A DNA stretch of 64,000 nt from Promethearchaeota archaeon (GTDB taxonomy: Archaea > Asgardarchaeota > Thorarchaeia > Thorarchaeales > Thorarchaeaceae), in NCBI GenBank assembly GCA_027031765.1, contig JALVPN010000040.1, positions 71,915 through 135,914 of the forward strand. The letters are read 5' to 3'. The translations under genes and the position numbers were made by a program. The notes beneath the pieces are model-generated. The model was given only the letters and a program-made list of their open reading frames with translations. It did no database searches and had not been told where the DNA came from. How positions within the stretch are numbered: position 1 is the stretch's first letter; the number at the start of each line of letters is the position of its first letter. Positions 41,854 to 51,504 of this stretch are shown here, in pieces.

Positions 41854-43203
41854 TCAGTCTGCACCTCCGGGGGACGTATAGAATGTGTACTCACTACGGT
41901 CAGACATCTCGCCAACAAGTGGTCTGCGCATGAGTGCACAGACCTTATCAGGCTGCTTCACATTTGCAAGCAGCCACATCAGTTTGGTAAGGGCTGTTTC
42001 TGGGAGCATGTCGCCACAAGGTATGACGCCCATCTCTTGCAGTTCAACACCAGGACGATATACATTCATGTTGACACGACCGTGAATGCATTGGCTTGTC
42101 ATGGCGACAATGACGCCAGAGTCTATTGCCTCCTTGAGTGACGCATGCAAGTGAACGGGGGCATGACCGAGTCCGGTCCCCTCCAATACGATACCGCGCA
42201 CTCCGTTCTGAAGCAGTGTGTCAATCATCATCTGGGGGATTCCAGGATACATCCTTAGGAGGACAACCCTATCCTCAAAACGGGGCCGGACTCGCACTTT
42301 CCGTGTCGTGTCCCGACGCCTGAGAGGACTGGCGATTTCGAAGATTTCGGTTCCACGTACGCGGTACAAGGGATGTGCATTTACAGATTGGAACGCGTCT
42401 CTGCGGCTCGTATGTAACTTTCGGACCCGGGTGCCCCGATGAGCTATTGCTGTACGGTCATCTGTCGTGCCATGCATCACAACCATGACCTCCGCAGCAT
42501 CCGCATGCCCTGCGACAAGAACAGATGCGACTAAGTTCATGGCTGCGTCAGATGATGGCCGATCAGATGACCGTTGGGAGCCGACGAGTACAACTGGTAC
42601 AGGCAAGCCCTCAAGTGCGAAAGAAAGGGCAGCGGCTGTGAACCCAAGTGTGTCTGTACCATGCGCAACAACAATACCATCAACGCCTTTGCGCACTTCA
42701 GTCGCAACAGCACGTGCAATGCGACCCCAGTCTGATGGGTGGATGTTTTCTGAAAGACGACTCATCAGGACTCTGGCGTTGATACTTGCGAAGGTTTCAA
42801 GCTCTGGGACTGCCAAGTAGAGGTCTTCAGCTGTCAGGGCAGGGCTGACTGCCCCCGTAAAATAGTCCACTCTACTGGCAATCGTACCGCCAGTGCTAAG
42901 GATTGAAACCGTTGGCAGTGATGGGGCTGGATGAGCTGCTGCGCGTCCGGGACGGGGAGCACGCCTGACGCGTTTCACTCGTTTGATAGACTTGACTCGA
43001 CTGAGGTTCACACCAATGTTGTAACCGTTCGCCAGCTTGATTACTATGTGACTGGGATTGCTGCCCACCTGGCTGCGGGGCATCAGAACCCCTTCGTACT
43101 CTGTGTCATGACAGGTCAGACGGACTATGTCACCGACCTTGACACCAGTAGAAGTCAGTCTTGCCAGTACCAGTCCCCGATAGCCAGACTCCTTCAAGCT
43201 CAT
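41854..43203 (-). CDS. gatD: Glu-tRNA(Gln) amidotransferase subunit D (asparaginase-like)
   Basis: ILSTGGTIAS and HGTDTLGFTAA asparaginase motifs; stop 1 nt from gatE start. Confidence 0.85.
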   Translation of the reverse strand: MSLKESGYRGLVLARLTSTGVKVGDIVRLTCHDTEYEGVLMPRSQVGSNPSHIVIKLANGYNIGVNLSRVKSIKRVKRVRRAPRPGRAAAHPAPSLPTVSILSTGGTIASRVDYFTGAVSPALTAEDLYLAVPELETFASINARVLMSRLSENIHPSDWGRIARAVATEVRKGVDGIVVAHGTDTLGFTAAALSFALEGLPVPVVLVGSQRSSDRPSSDAAMNLVASVLVAGHADAAEVMVVMHGTTDDRTAIAHRGTRVRKLHTSRRDAFQSVNAHPLYRVRGTEIFEIASPLRRRDTTRKVRVRPRFEDRVVLLRMYPGIPQMMIDTLLQNGVRGIVLEGTGLGHAPVHLHASLKEAIDSGVIVAMTSQCIHGRVNMNVYRPGVELQEMGVIPCGDMLPETALTKLMWLLANVKQPDKVCALMRRPLVGEMSDRSEYTFYTSPGGAD

Positions 43204-43425
43204 GAGCGCACACCTATTGAAACATGAAACGTAGTGCCTGTGGGCATCATCAGTGAAATGATGGAGATTGCTCCTTGCAGGGTACTGCCGCTGTGTAGGC
43301 TTTGAGACGCATGCAGTGGGCATGGCACCAATGGCAAACATACCTGCTGTGGTCAGTACGGCGGTTGAGGTGATTGTTGAGCTGGTGATAAAGGCTTCGA
43401 CTCGTTGACATGACAATGCCTCTCT

Positions 43426-43989
43426 TCAGATGACGCCAAGTAACGACAGCAAACCAATTGCAATGAACAGGAGTCCTGTGAGGTAGTGGACTGTGCCGGA
43501 TTCTACAACAGTTGTAAGCCGATTCCCGAACAGTGCACCGACTAGATTGACCACCAAGAAGCCAAGAGTGGCACCTGCAAAGACGGCGAGGGGAAACTGC
43601 TCAGTCGCAGATAGAGCAAATATGGCAAGCTGGCTCTTATCGCCGAGTTCGGAGAGCAGAACAGTTACAAACATCCCCGGAAGAGTATGGGATGGGGCAC
43701 ATGACTCGTCGGCGTGAGTCTCTACGTGCAGGACAATGTACGCTCCGAGGACTACAAATGCGACTCCAGCAATCCAAGAAAGGACATCAAGCGGTAATAG
43801 AAGACCGAAGAAATATCCCACAGCGATTGTGAGCGCGGTAGCTAGGCAGAGCGCTAACATAGACACTATCAGGACTGCGAATGGGCGATGTGTCTGGGCA
43901 CTGAAACAGACTGTTCCCAGCATCGTCTTGTCACCGATTTCGGTGAGAGCAACCGCCGCAAATGCATATAGAAAACTAGCGCCGCACAT
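43426..43989 (-). CDS. UPF0016 / GDT1-TMEM165 family membrane protein (putative cation/H+ exchanger)
   Basis: Two E-x-G-D-K-(T/S) motifs (TEIGDKTML and SELGDKSQL). Confidence 0.7.
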   Translation of the reverse strand: MCGASFLYAFAAVALTEIGDKTMLGTVCFSAQTHRPFAVLIVSMLALCLATALTIAVGYFFGLLLPLDVLSWIAGVAFVVLGAYIVLHVETHADESCAPSHTLPGMFVTVLLSELGDKSQLAIFALSATEQFPLAVFAGATLGFLVVNLVGALFGNRLTTVVESGTVHYLTGLLFIAIGLLSLLGVI

Positions 43990-44032
43990 ATTCGCTCCTC
44001 GTGTTGGCCCAAATCGTGTGCTATTGAGCTAG

Positions 44033-44150
44033 TGGTGCGGGAGGCGGGATTTTCACACCATGCGCCAACCGGATGGTGGTTTGAACCCGCGAACCCCTTC
44101 GGGAGCAGATCTTAAGTCTGCCGCTTTTGGCCAAGCTTAGCAACTCCCGC
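44033..44150 (-). tRNA. tRNA-Leu(TAA), class II, 30-nt intron in T-loop at 59/60 (44050..44079); CCA encoded
   Basis: Acceptor GCGGGAG/CTCCCGC, D-arm GCT AAGCTTGGCCAAA AGC, anticodon stem GCAGA/TCTGC, loop CTTAAGA, variable arm TCCCGAAGGGGTTC, T-stem GCGGG/CCCGC. Confidence 0.6.
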
Positions 44151-44261
44151 TTCGTAGCGGCCTGACCCCGTTCAGTTACCCGAAGGGCCTCTCCGCAGAG
44201 CTGCTGGAGGACACAGTGTACTTCAACTCTTTGGTCAGGCCAAGACGGTTGAGTCGGAAGC

Positions 44262-44269
44262 TTTTAGTT
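44262..44269 (+). promoter_or_regulatory. TATA-like TTTTAGTT about 28 nt upstream of tRNA-Val
   Basis: AT-rich octamer at promoter distance. Confidence 0.35.
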
Positions 44270-44293
44270 CAAACAATGGGGAGTCTTAGCCGT

Positions 44294-44371
44294 GGGGCGA
44301 TGGTCTAGCCCGGCTATGATGTCTCGTTTACACCGAGAAGGTCGCTGGTTCAAATCCGGCTCGCCCCACCA
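44294..44371 (+). tRNA. tRNA-Val(TAC), no intron, CCA encoded
   Basis: Acceptor GGGGCGA/TCGCCCC, anticodon stem TCTCG/CGAGA, loop TTTACAC, T-arm GCTGG TTCAAAT CCGGC. Confidence 0.85.
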
Positions 44372-44437
44372 TATTGCCACGTTTGTGTTGCAACAACTCG
44401 TTGCCCCTGTCGACGGGCGAGAAGCACATTGCCACTA

Positions 44438-45145
44438 TCAAGGGGCGGACACGCGAACGACAACATGGAACTCTTGGGTATTGGTGTCCAGCACAACTGC
44501 ACGGAAACTGCAGAAGCGGGAACTAGCAGTCCCCATCCGGAAATGATTGACTGTCTGAGGTGTGGGCCGCGCTTTGATTGCGGCGATTACGTGCCCATCT
44601 GGACGGACAAGGTGCGCGTAGCGTTCAATCAGCTTGATTGTGCCACTAGGGGTGGTCGTCACGTCAACGAGTAGCAAGTCCACACTAACTCGAAGGGCCT
44701 CTGTGGGCAGTCTGAAAGCATCCGCAAGTACAACCGACACAGAGGAGTGTGCTGCTGAAACGAGGGAGAGTTCTCTAAGAAACCTCGGGGAAACCTCAAT
44801 TCCAATGACGCGTACACCGGCCTCACCCAAGAACTTGAGGAAGCCTCCGGCTGAGCTGCCGATGTCAATGGCGTACGCCTGCCGTGATGGAACAATTCCG
44901 ACTAGATTCAGAAGACATCTGAGCTTTTCGTAGCCCCGCGGGCGGTCGGCATGCGGAGAGAGGACAACAATATGTTCATTGCCGGATACCTGTGTCGAGG
45001 GTTTGGCCACACGGCCATTGACAATCACAAGGCCGCTCCGGATTGCCCGCTTTGCGGACTGTCTCGATGAGAACAAGCGCTGCGCAACAAGCCAGACGTC
45101 AAGCCGTGTCACCGCTTTCAACCCCAAGTAGTGTTCTGGCCTCAT
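44438..45145 (-). CDS. TlyA-like rRNA 2'-O-methyltransferase (S4 RNA-binding domain plus FtsJ-like MTase)
   Basis: S4 motif RLDVWLVAQRLFSSRQSAKRAIRSGLV; SAM site AIDIGSSAGGF. Confidence 0.65.
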   Translation of the reverse strand: MRPEHYLGLKAVTRLDVWLVAQRLFSSRQSAKRAIRSGLVIVNGRVAKPSTQVSGNEHIVVLSPHADRPRGYEKLRCLLNLVGIVPSRQAYAIDIGSSAGGFLKFLGEAGVRVIGIEVSPRFLRELSLVSAAHSSVSVVLADAFRLPTEALRVSVDLLLVDVTTTPSGTIKLIERYAHLVRPDGHVIAAIKARPTPQTVNHFRMGTASSRFCSFRAVVLDTNTQEFHVVVRVSAP

Positions 45146-45881
45146 GAGGAATGAACAGGTGTATTGGGATTCTGCGGAGATATGGCCCAATTGCAGCAAC
45201 AATGCCGCTTGCACGAGAACTCTGCTTACAGCGGAGAGAGAACTCAAAGAGCCCAAGTGCTTCAATCTTGTCAACATCACGGGTGTGACCTGTCCGTTCC
45301 AAGGCGGCACGAATCATATCAGCTGTGACACCGAATACGAGCAAGCGCTCGTGGGGCTCTGAGAGCCAGCCGAATATTCGATTGAGGAAGACATCTGACA
45401 ACCGTGCCTCAATGCGATGCTGGGGGACATTGATGTTAGTAAGCACAACACTTGCTGGCAGGTTGTCAACGAGTACATAGGCCCTTGCGATTGACCTCAC
45501 CGATGCGTCGTTCATGTGGAACTGCGCTCGTAGTGTGTGAAGCGGGACAAGAGCATCGCACCTTACAGTCATTACGCCGAGATTCACATAGAGTCCGTAG
45601 CCCACACGTCCAACGTCGGTGAGAAAACCTTGGTACTGGCCGCCGAGCTTCAGAACCGACAAGGAGGGTGCTGCCCCCAACTCGCGTGCAATGAAGTTTC
45701 TGGCAAACTCGCTATCGGAACCGGAGAGAGCGACTGACACATGGTCATGAGATGTTGTTTTCACAGACAAGACGCGTGCATCAAGCTGGCTCAACAGATG
45801 GTCAATGTGTCGCCGTATATGGAACAATAGGGCTTTCTTTCGAGGGCCGTATGCACGGACGAGCAGCGTGAGCTGTTCCAA
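45099..45881 (-). CDS. Conserved-looking hypothetical protein (260 aa)
   Basis: Long ORF with globular-protein composition; no motif recognised. Confidence 0.4.
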   Translation of the reverse strand: MEQLTLLVRAYGPRKKALLFHIRRHIDHLLSQLDARVLSVKTTSHDHVSVALSGSDSEFARNFIARELGAAPSLSVLKLGGQYQGFLTDVGRVGYGLYVNLGVMTVRCDALVPLHTLRAQFHMNDASVRSIARAYVLVDNLPASVVLTNINVPQHRIEARLSDVFLNRIFGWLSEPHERLLVFGVTADMIRAALERTGHTRDVDKIEALGLFEFSLRCKQSSRASGIVAAIGPYLRRIPIHLFIPHEARTLLGVESGDTA

Positions 45882-45966
45882 GTGAACTCACCATATCCGA
45901 GCCGAGTGAGCAGCGAGGCTAGATGGAGGAATAGGACGGACAGGCAAAGGGGCAACCAACTGGTAA

Positions 45967-46494
45967 CTAGATACTTGAGGTAGCCTCCAAATCTGCACGT
46001 AGTTCTTCAACCTGCTTCCTAAGAAACCGGATTGCCTGGCTATTGTCGACATACTCAAGCCGCCCGTTGCAGACGGGACACCTAAATGAGAGAGTCATGG
46101 CCCGTTCAAATGGAACTGGTGAAGAATCACGGTTCACACAGACATACAGGTCGTTGTTGGTCTCGTGCTCAAGACGCTGTTCGAGGCGGCTAAGAACCAT
46201 CCGCTTCTTGCGGTTCACAAGTGCCTGCGCTCTTCTTGGATCTATATGCCAATAATAGAGAAACCAGCCTGTACTGGTGTCTCGCACGCGTCGGTAGGAT
46301 GCTAGGTGGTTGTCATGGAGCTTGTACAGGATTCTGCGCACCGTGTTCAGCTTCAAATCAGTCTTCGTAGCAATCTCCTCGTCCGTGGTTTCATCGGTAT
46401 TCACAAGAACGGTTGCTACATCTACACCCTCCTTGCCTGCGATTTCTTCTACGACAAGGCGGAACAGGTCATCATTAAAGCTCGACTGTGTCAT
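45967..46494 (-). CDS. tfe: Transcription factor E (TFIIE-alpha homologue)
   Basis: Winged helix N-terminus plus Zn ribbon CVNRD...CPVCNG. Confidence 0.8.
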   Translation of the reverse strand: MTQSSFNDDLFRLVVEEIAGKEGVDVATVLVNTDETTDEEIATKTDLKLNTVRRILYKLHDNHLASYRRVRDTSTGWFLYYWHIDPRRAQALVNRKKRMVLSRLEQRLEHETNNDLYVCVNRDSSPVPFERAMTLSFRCPVCNGRLEYVDNSQAIRFLRKQVEELRADLEATSSI

Positions 46495-46697
46495 CTAGAT
46501 GTTCACCCAGGCGATTAGCTCATGCTCTTGGAAGCTCGGGACACGCGAGAAGGCATATAGTTGCAATCCAAAGTATAGTTATCCCAGAGGCTATTTAAGG
46601 ACTCTGACCTGTCCGTACAGAGCGTCCTCTGACTGGTCGGAGCCGGAGCAGGAATACCGATATCCAGAGGGTAGTTAGCTCCCGGACAGTGGAACTC

Positions 46698-47282
46698 CTA
46701 GTTGCTGGACTGACGTTTCTTCTGAGGTTTCCGCCGCTTCACGATGACACGGTCACCAAGAGTCACCGCAGAAGTCCTCGTACCGTGGCTCGCCCGGATT
46801 GGAACAGGGTCAATGGGCTCAAGGAGAGAAATCCCAAGCTCCCGTTCAAGGCCTCTGATTGTCTTGCCCGTTGGTTTGAGCCGCCCAGACTCGATTGCCT
46901 GCAGCGTCGAAATCCGCTCGCCGATGCGTTGTGCGAGCTCCTCCTGACTCATACCGGCCTTTTGCCGAGCCCTGCGGATTATGTCAGCATAGTCTTCGAC
47001 GAGAATCATGTCGTCTAGGGTTGTCTGGTGCTTCCGAGAAACCGGCCTTCGAGGGACTCTTCGCGCAACATGTACTGGACGCGTGCTGTGGTGTGTAGCC
47101 GTACGTGGGCTCTCAGTCCAGGATGGAGAGTGCGGCACTTGTGCCGGTGGAGCTGTAGAGTGTGTACTTACGCGACCGAAGCGTGCAGCACATGTGGGAC
47201 AAAGGAGCATCAAGGCACCCTCAATGCGTACCTGTCGGCCCTTGCCACGCATGCTGCGTCCGCAGAGCTCACAACTTGACAT
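46698..47282 (-). CDS. Archaeal MBF1-like protein (Zn ribbon plus XRE HTH)
   Basis: CELCG...CPTC ribbon; HTH SQEELAQRIGERISTLQAIESGR. Confidence 0.65.
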   Translation of the reverse strand: MSSCELCGRSMRGKGRQVRIEGALMLLCPTCAARFGRVSTHSTAPPAQVPHSPSWTESPRTATHHSTRPVHVARRVPRRPVSRKHQTTLDDMILVEDYADIIRRARQKAGMSQEELAQRIGERISTLQAIESGRLKPTGKTIRGLERELGISLLEPIDPVPIRASHGTRTSAVTLGDRVIVKRRKPQKKRQSSN

Positions 47283-47421
47283 AGGTGTGCCTCCATTGAC
47301 TACACCGACAGGTCACACATAAAGATTGTCAAACCGATGTGTAATACGACTCATACTGTGGCTATCTCAAAGCAATCCTTAAAACCGTACTAACTGATTG
47401 TCCGAAGCGGGTGTTTCATGA

Positions 47422-48624
47422 ATGCCGGGATCTGCTGATGCCAGAAAAGAGAGTAGCGTTGGTGAGGCATCATATTCCCAGAGCTACACAAGGCATCTTG
47501 AACGCAGACTCAGAGCACTTGAAACCGAGAAGCAAATCCTTCATGCGGAACGGACACGTCTTGAACGAGAGACGCAGTCTTTGCGTACTGAACTGGAGAA
47601 GCTCAGGCAGGCACCGCTGATTACCGCGACAATAATTGAGATGCTTGATGATGGCCGGGCCATTGTCAAGAGCTCGACGGGCCCAAACTTTGTTGTCCAT
47701 GTTGCCTCATCAATTCCAAGGGACAGACTCCAGCCGGGAATGCGAGTCGCACTCAATCAGAGGTCGTTTGCAGTAACACAGGAGCTCCCACCACCCAAAG
47801 ACCCTATGATTCGGGCGATGGAAATCGAGGACGCGCCTGATGTTTCATACGCGGATATTGGGGGCCTCAAAGAACAACTGCGCGAAATCCGGGAAACGGT
47901 AGAGCTGCCGCTTGTCAGACCGGAACTGTTCGAGGAGGTTGGGATTGAGCCACCGCGGGGCGTTCTGCTGACTGGACCACCAGGTACTGGTAAGACATTG
48001 TGCGCTAGAGCAGTGGCACACGAAACGAACGCGACGTTCATACGGGTGATAGGATCCGAGCTTGTCCAGAAGTTCATTGGAGAGGGGGCAAGACTCGTTA
48101 GAGAGATATTCATGCTTGCGAAGGAGAAGGCCCCCACAATAGTCTTCGTGGACGAACTAGATGCTGTTGGGGCGCATCGACTGGATATAGCTACCTCTGG
48201 AGACCGCGAAGTACAGAGGACATTGATGCAACTCCTTAGCGAACTCGATGGATTTGAGGCCAGGGGACAGGTTGCTGTTATGGGGGCGACGAACCGACCG
48301 GACATACTGGATTCGGCACTGCTCAGGCCTGGTAGGTTTGACCGGATAATCAATTTTCCCCTCCCAGATGAAGTGGAACGCCTTGAAATCTTCAAGATCC
48401 ACACAAGGGGAATGAATATCGACGAGGACATAGACTTTTCAAGACTGGTACAGCTCACATTAGGTAGGACTGGCGCAGATATCAAGGCCATATGCACGGA
48501 GGCTGGAATGGTTGCCATCCGCAGTAATCGTACACGAGTGACGCAGGAGGACTTTCACAGAGCCATTGAGAAGCTACAGGACAGGGGCACTGGGACCTCA
48601 ATCCCGACCGGGCTGTATTGTTAG
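47422..48624 (+). CDS. pan: Proteasome-activating nucleotidase (AAA+ ATPase)
   Basis: N-terminal coiled coil, Walker A GPPGTGKTL, Walker B IVFVDELDA, second region of homology. Confidence 0.9.
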   Translation: MPGSADARKESSVGEASYSQSYTRHLERRLRALETEKQILHAERTRLERETQSLRTELEKLRQAPLITATIIEMLDDGRAIVKSSTGPNFVVHVASSIPRDRLQPGMRVALNQRSFAVTQELPPPKDPMIRAMEIEDAPDVSYADIGGLKEQLREIRETVELPLVRPELFEEVGIEPPRGVLLTGPPGTGKTLCARAVAHETNATFIRVIGSELVQKFIGEGARLVREIFMLAKEKAPTIVFVDELDAVGAHRLDIATSGDREVQRTLMQLLSELDGFEARGQVAVMGATNRPDILDSALLRPGRFDRIINFPLPDEVERLEIFKIHTRGMNIDEDIDFSRLVQLTLGRTGADIKAICTEAGMVAIRSNRTRVTQEDFHRAIEKLQDRGTGTSIPTGLYC

Positions 48625-48668
48625 GTGTTCCATCGGCTGCTCAGTTTCAACGGTTGCTGGGAAACATA

Positions 48669-49493
48669 ATGCGTCTTCGTGAATACCTCCAACGCAAATT
48701 GACCCCGCAGGTGCCACCAGAGGTAAGGTTACCTACAGGGTATCATGTTGTCGGTCACGTTGCGCTACTGAGCCTCCACGACGAAGCAATCGAGTACGCG
48801 ATGCACATCGGAGAAGCCATACTTGGCTTCGACCCTCGAGTGAGAACCGTGGCAATCCGCAGTGGCCCAACTCGGGGAATGTACAGGGAACCATCCTACG
48901 TTGTAGTGGCAGGTACACCGCAATGCGAAACTGTTCACATTGAGAACGGAATCAGATATGCGGTCAATCCACTCAGACTGACATTCTGTGGGGGCAACAA
49001 GCATGAACGGATTAGACTGGCGAAGCAAGTCAGGGGAGCTGAATGCATAGTAGACATGTTTGCTTGTGTGGGGCAGTTCTCGCTGCAGGTAGCAGCGCAC
49101 CCAAGGACAAGGGTTATTGCAATCGAAATCAACCCGGAAGCTTGCCGCTACTTGAGAAGGAACATCCGGCTCAATGGGTTCCACAATGTTTCAGCAGTCA
49201 TGGGCGACTGTCGAAACGCACATCCGATAGACTGGGCGAACCGCATCATAATGGGATATCTGCACGGAACCATCAGGTACCTGCCAGCGGCTCTTGAAAC
49301 TTTGAGGCGTGAGGGAGGTACAGTCCACATGCATTCGACACTCCCACATAGGCACATGGATCAGACGGTGGGTGCAATGACACGGCTGTGCGAAGAGCAT
49401 GGCTATAGGTCGGATATTGAAGTAAGACAGGTCAAGAAGTATGCCCCGGGAGTGGATCACTTTGTCTTTGACATCGTTGCATCTGCTGCGTGA
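48669..49493 (+). CDS. Trm5/TYW2-family (Met-10+ like) tRNA methyltransferase
   Basis: DMFACVGQFSL SAM motif, NIRLNG. Confidence 0.7.
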   Translation: MRLREYLQRKLTPQVPPEVRLPTGYHVVGHVALLSLHDEAIEYAMHIGEAILGFDPRVRTVAIRSGPTRGMYREPSYVVVAGTPQCETVHIENGIRYAVNPLRLTFCGGNKHERIRLAKQVRGAECIVDMFACVGQFSLQVAAHPRTRVIAIEINPEACRYLRRNIRLNGFHNVSAVMGDCRNAHPIDWANRIIMGYLHGTIRYLPAALETLRREGGTVHMHSTLPHRHMDQTVGAMTRLCEEHGYRSDIEVRQVKKYAPGVDHFVFDIVASAA

Positions 49494-49752
49494 CAAGTTT
49501 GCGCTCTTCGTTACGAAACCTTCAGGGAACATCGAGGAGGGTGTATCATATACTCGTGATGTCAGTCCACCTGTGCGGCGAAAGAGGAGCAAGGAGTACG
49601 TGTTTCGGGGAACCGTCTAGTCGGACGCGTTCCGGCTCAGTCACAGTTACTCTGTCAGGACGGTCTGCATGGGCCAAGCACAAGCGTTTTATCGTTCATA
49701 ATACTGATGGAAAACGACAAGGAGCGAGAGATCTGAGATGGGCTTCAGGGGA

Positions 49753-50112
49753 ATGTCACCACGTCAGATTGCCCGGCTAATGAAGAAGATGGGAATCGAG
49801 CAGAAAGAGGTCGAGGGTGTCAAGTCGGTCAGAATCCTGTTTGCAGACAAGGAGTGGGTAATTGAGAGCCCGCAGGTCCTCCTGATAAAGCAGGCAGGTA
49901 GCGAGTCGTTCCAAATCTCGGGCAAGAGGACGGAGAGAGCACCCGACGAACAGAGAGAGGCTGAAGTGGAAAGGCCAAAAGTAGAGATACCGATGGAGGA
50001 CGTCATGCTTGTCGCAAGCCAAGCAGGTGTGGATCCGGAGGCGGCCAGACAGGCCTTGCTTGAAACTGATGGTGACCTAGCAGCAGCAATCCTGAAACTG
50101 AAGCACTCGTGA
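49753..50112 (+). CDS. nac: Nascent polypeptide-associated complex alpha subunit
   Basis: NAC domain plus C-terminal UBA-like DPEAARQALLETDGDLAAAI. Confidence 0.75.
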   Translation: MSPRQIARLMKKMGIEQKEVEGVKSVRILFADKEWVIESPQVLLIKQAGSESFQISGKRTERAPDEQREAEVERPKVEIPMEDVMLVASQAGVDPEAARQALLETDGDLAAAILKLKHS

Positions 50113-50115
50113 AGT

Positions 50116-50745
50116 CTAGTAGCCTTCAAGACGCTCACGAATCATTCTGATTCGAAAGAAGTCCTCCCGCTCCCGCTCTTCAAGTGCTAGTTTCACAAAG
50201 TGAACTGTTGCTTCGAGGCGAGGGAGGACCGTGTTTTCCAGTGCGGAAACACGTCGTTTCGTGCGTTCAATTTCAAGCGCAAGACGTTTGACCGTTGACT
50301 CCACCTCTGCAAGGCGGATGATGGCAGTGAGGGCTTTCTTGAACGTCGCGGCCATTTCGTCGAACTGAGCAGTGGAGTCAATCATCGAGTAGGGGACTTC
50401 AGGAGTATGCTGTTCGAGGGAAATCACAGGTACGCGGACGCCCATCAGTGACCTGGGAGATATCATTAGTTCGGCATCAGTTCCACTTGCCTCTGCAAAC
50501 TCAAACACTCTCGCAGGCCCCATTACCATCTTTGCTTGTGTCAGTGCAGTAAAGGCTTCACTGAGCAGGGACTCGACAGCAGCACGGACACTACGAATCT
50601 CGGCAATGGCATTGAAGAACTCCATCGTAAGCGAGTCGCACTTCTCCTTTAGCAGGTCATGTCCTCTCTCAGCCAGCCGCATTCGACTCTTGAAACGCAG
50701 CAATTCCATCCGTGTTGCCTTTGTCCCCGGGATAATCTTGCTCAT
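50116..50745 (-). CDS. atpD: A/V-type ATP synthase subunit D
   Basis: MSKIIPGTKATRMELLRFKSRMRLAERGHDLLKEK coiled-coil N-terminus typical of subunit D. Confidence 0.85.
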   Translation of the reverse strand: MSKIIPGTKATRMELLRFKSRMRLAERGHDLLKEKCDSLTMEFFNAIAEIRSVRAAVESLLSEAFTALTQAKMVMGPARVFEFAEASGTDAELMISPRSLMGVRVPVISLEQHTPEVPYSMIDSTAQFDEMAATFKKALTAIIRLAEVESTVKRLALEIERTKRRVSALENTVLPRLEATVHFVKLALEEREREDFFRIRMIRERLEGY

Positions 50746-50807
50746 ATGGGGCCACTCCTGAGGTCAGTGGTTCTGCAAGCCAGGTATGAAATCATCTGCC
50801 GCCAAGC

Positions 50808-51086
50808 CTAGGCGAAAATCACGGCCAGTGATGCAACGACAACAACCAGCGTGCACGAGAGGCTCCAGTTGAGGAGGTGATGGGCACCCTGCTGCGGATG
50901 CTCGTCAATCATGCCGGTCGTAAGTAGTGTCATCAAGGAGATGAACAAGAATGCAAATGGCAGTGAGGCAGACTTGCTCGTGAGGGGTGTCTTTGTAGCG
51001 AGGATAATGGCTGCAAGTGCACCAAAGACCAAGAAACTAAGAATCATAACAGATAGAAGGACATGCTGGACTCTCTCTGTATCCAT
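50808..51086 (-). CDS. Small hypothetical membrane protein
   Basis: Three hydrophobic helices; no homology recognised. Confidence 0.35.
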   Translation of the reverse strand: MDTERVQHVLLSVMILSFLVFGALAAIILATKTPLTSKSASLPFAFLFISLMTLLTTGMIDEHPQQGAHHLLNWSLSCTLVVVVASLAVIFA

Positions 51087-51504
51087 TTCAGTATACTCCC
51101 TTGTCGGTCACACGCAGGGTGAGTGGATTCCGACGTTGTCAGTTGAAAAAGGTTTTGACATGTGTTCCAACGGACTGTGCAGAACGGAGCCGGGTAACGA
51201 AGTTGATGATGGAAACGACCCCTACTGGCACTGCGGTACCGTGGTGCTGCCAACTTTGACGGGACACCGAATTCGGAGGGTAGTGTAGTACTGAGCTCAG
51301 TTTCGATACCCTCGACTAGGGGTACGAAGTGGAGTGTACAAAACGCCACAACCAACGAGCTCACTAGTGGCAGCGCAGGCCCTCAGCCAACTAGTCCCAT
51401 GTGCAGGCACTTCATATGATTCAGGGACAACAATACTGAAACCACACCACTTATATCCGGCCCGCTGTATTACACAAACTACTCGTGATACGGCTAGGTA
51501 GGCT

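Noticed and set aside
47757-48518. 253-aa minus-strand ORF inside PAN
   Set aside because: Antisense to a high-confidence AAA+ ATPase gene; Ser-rich artefact.
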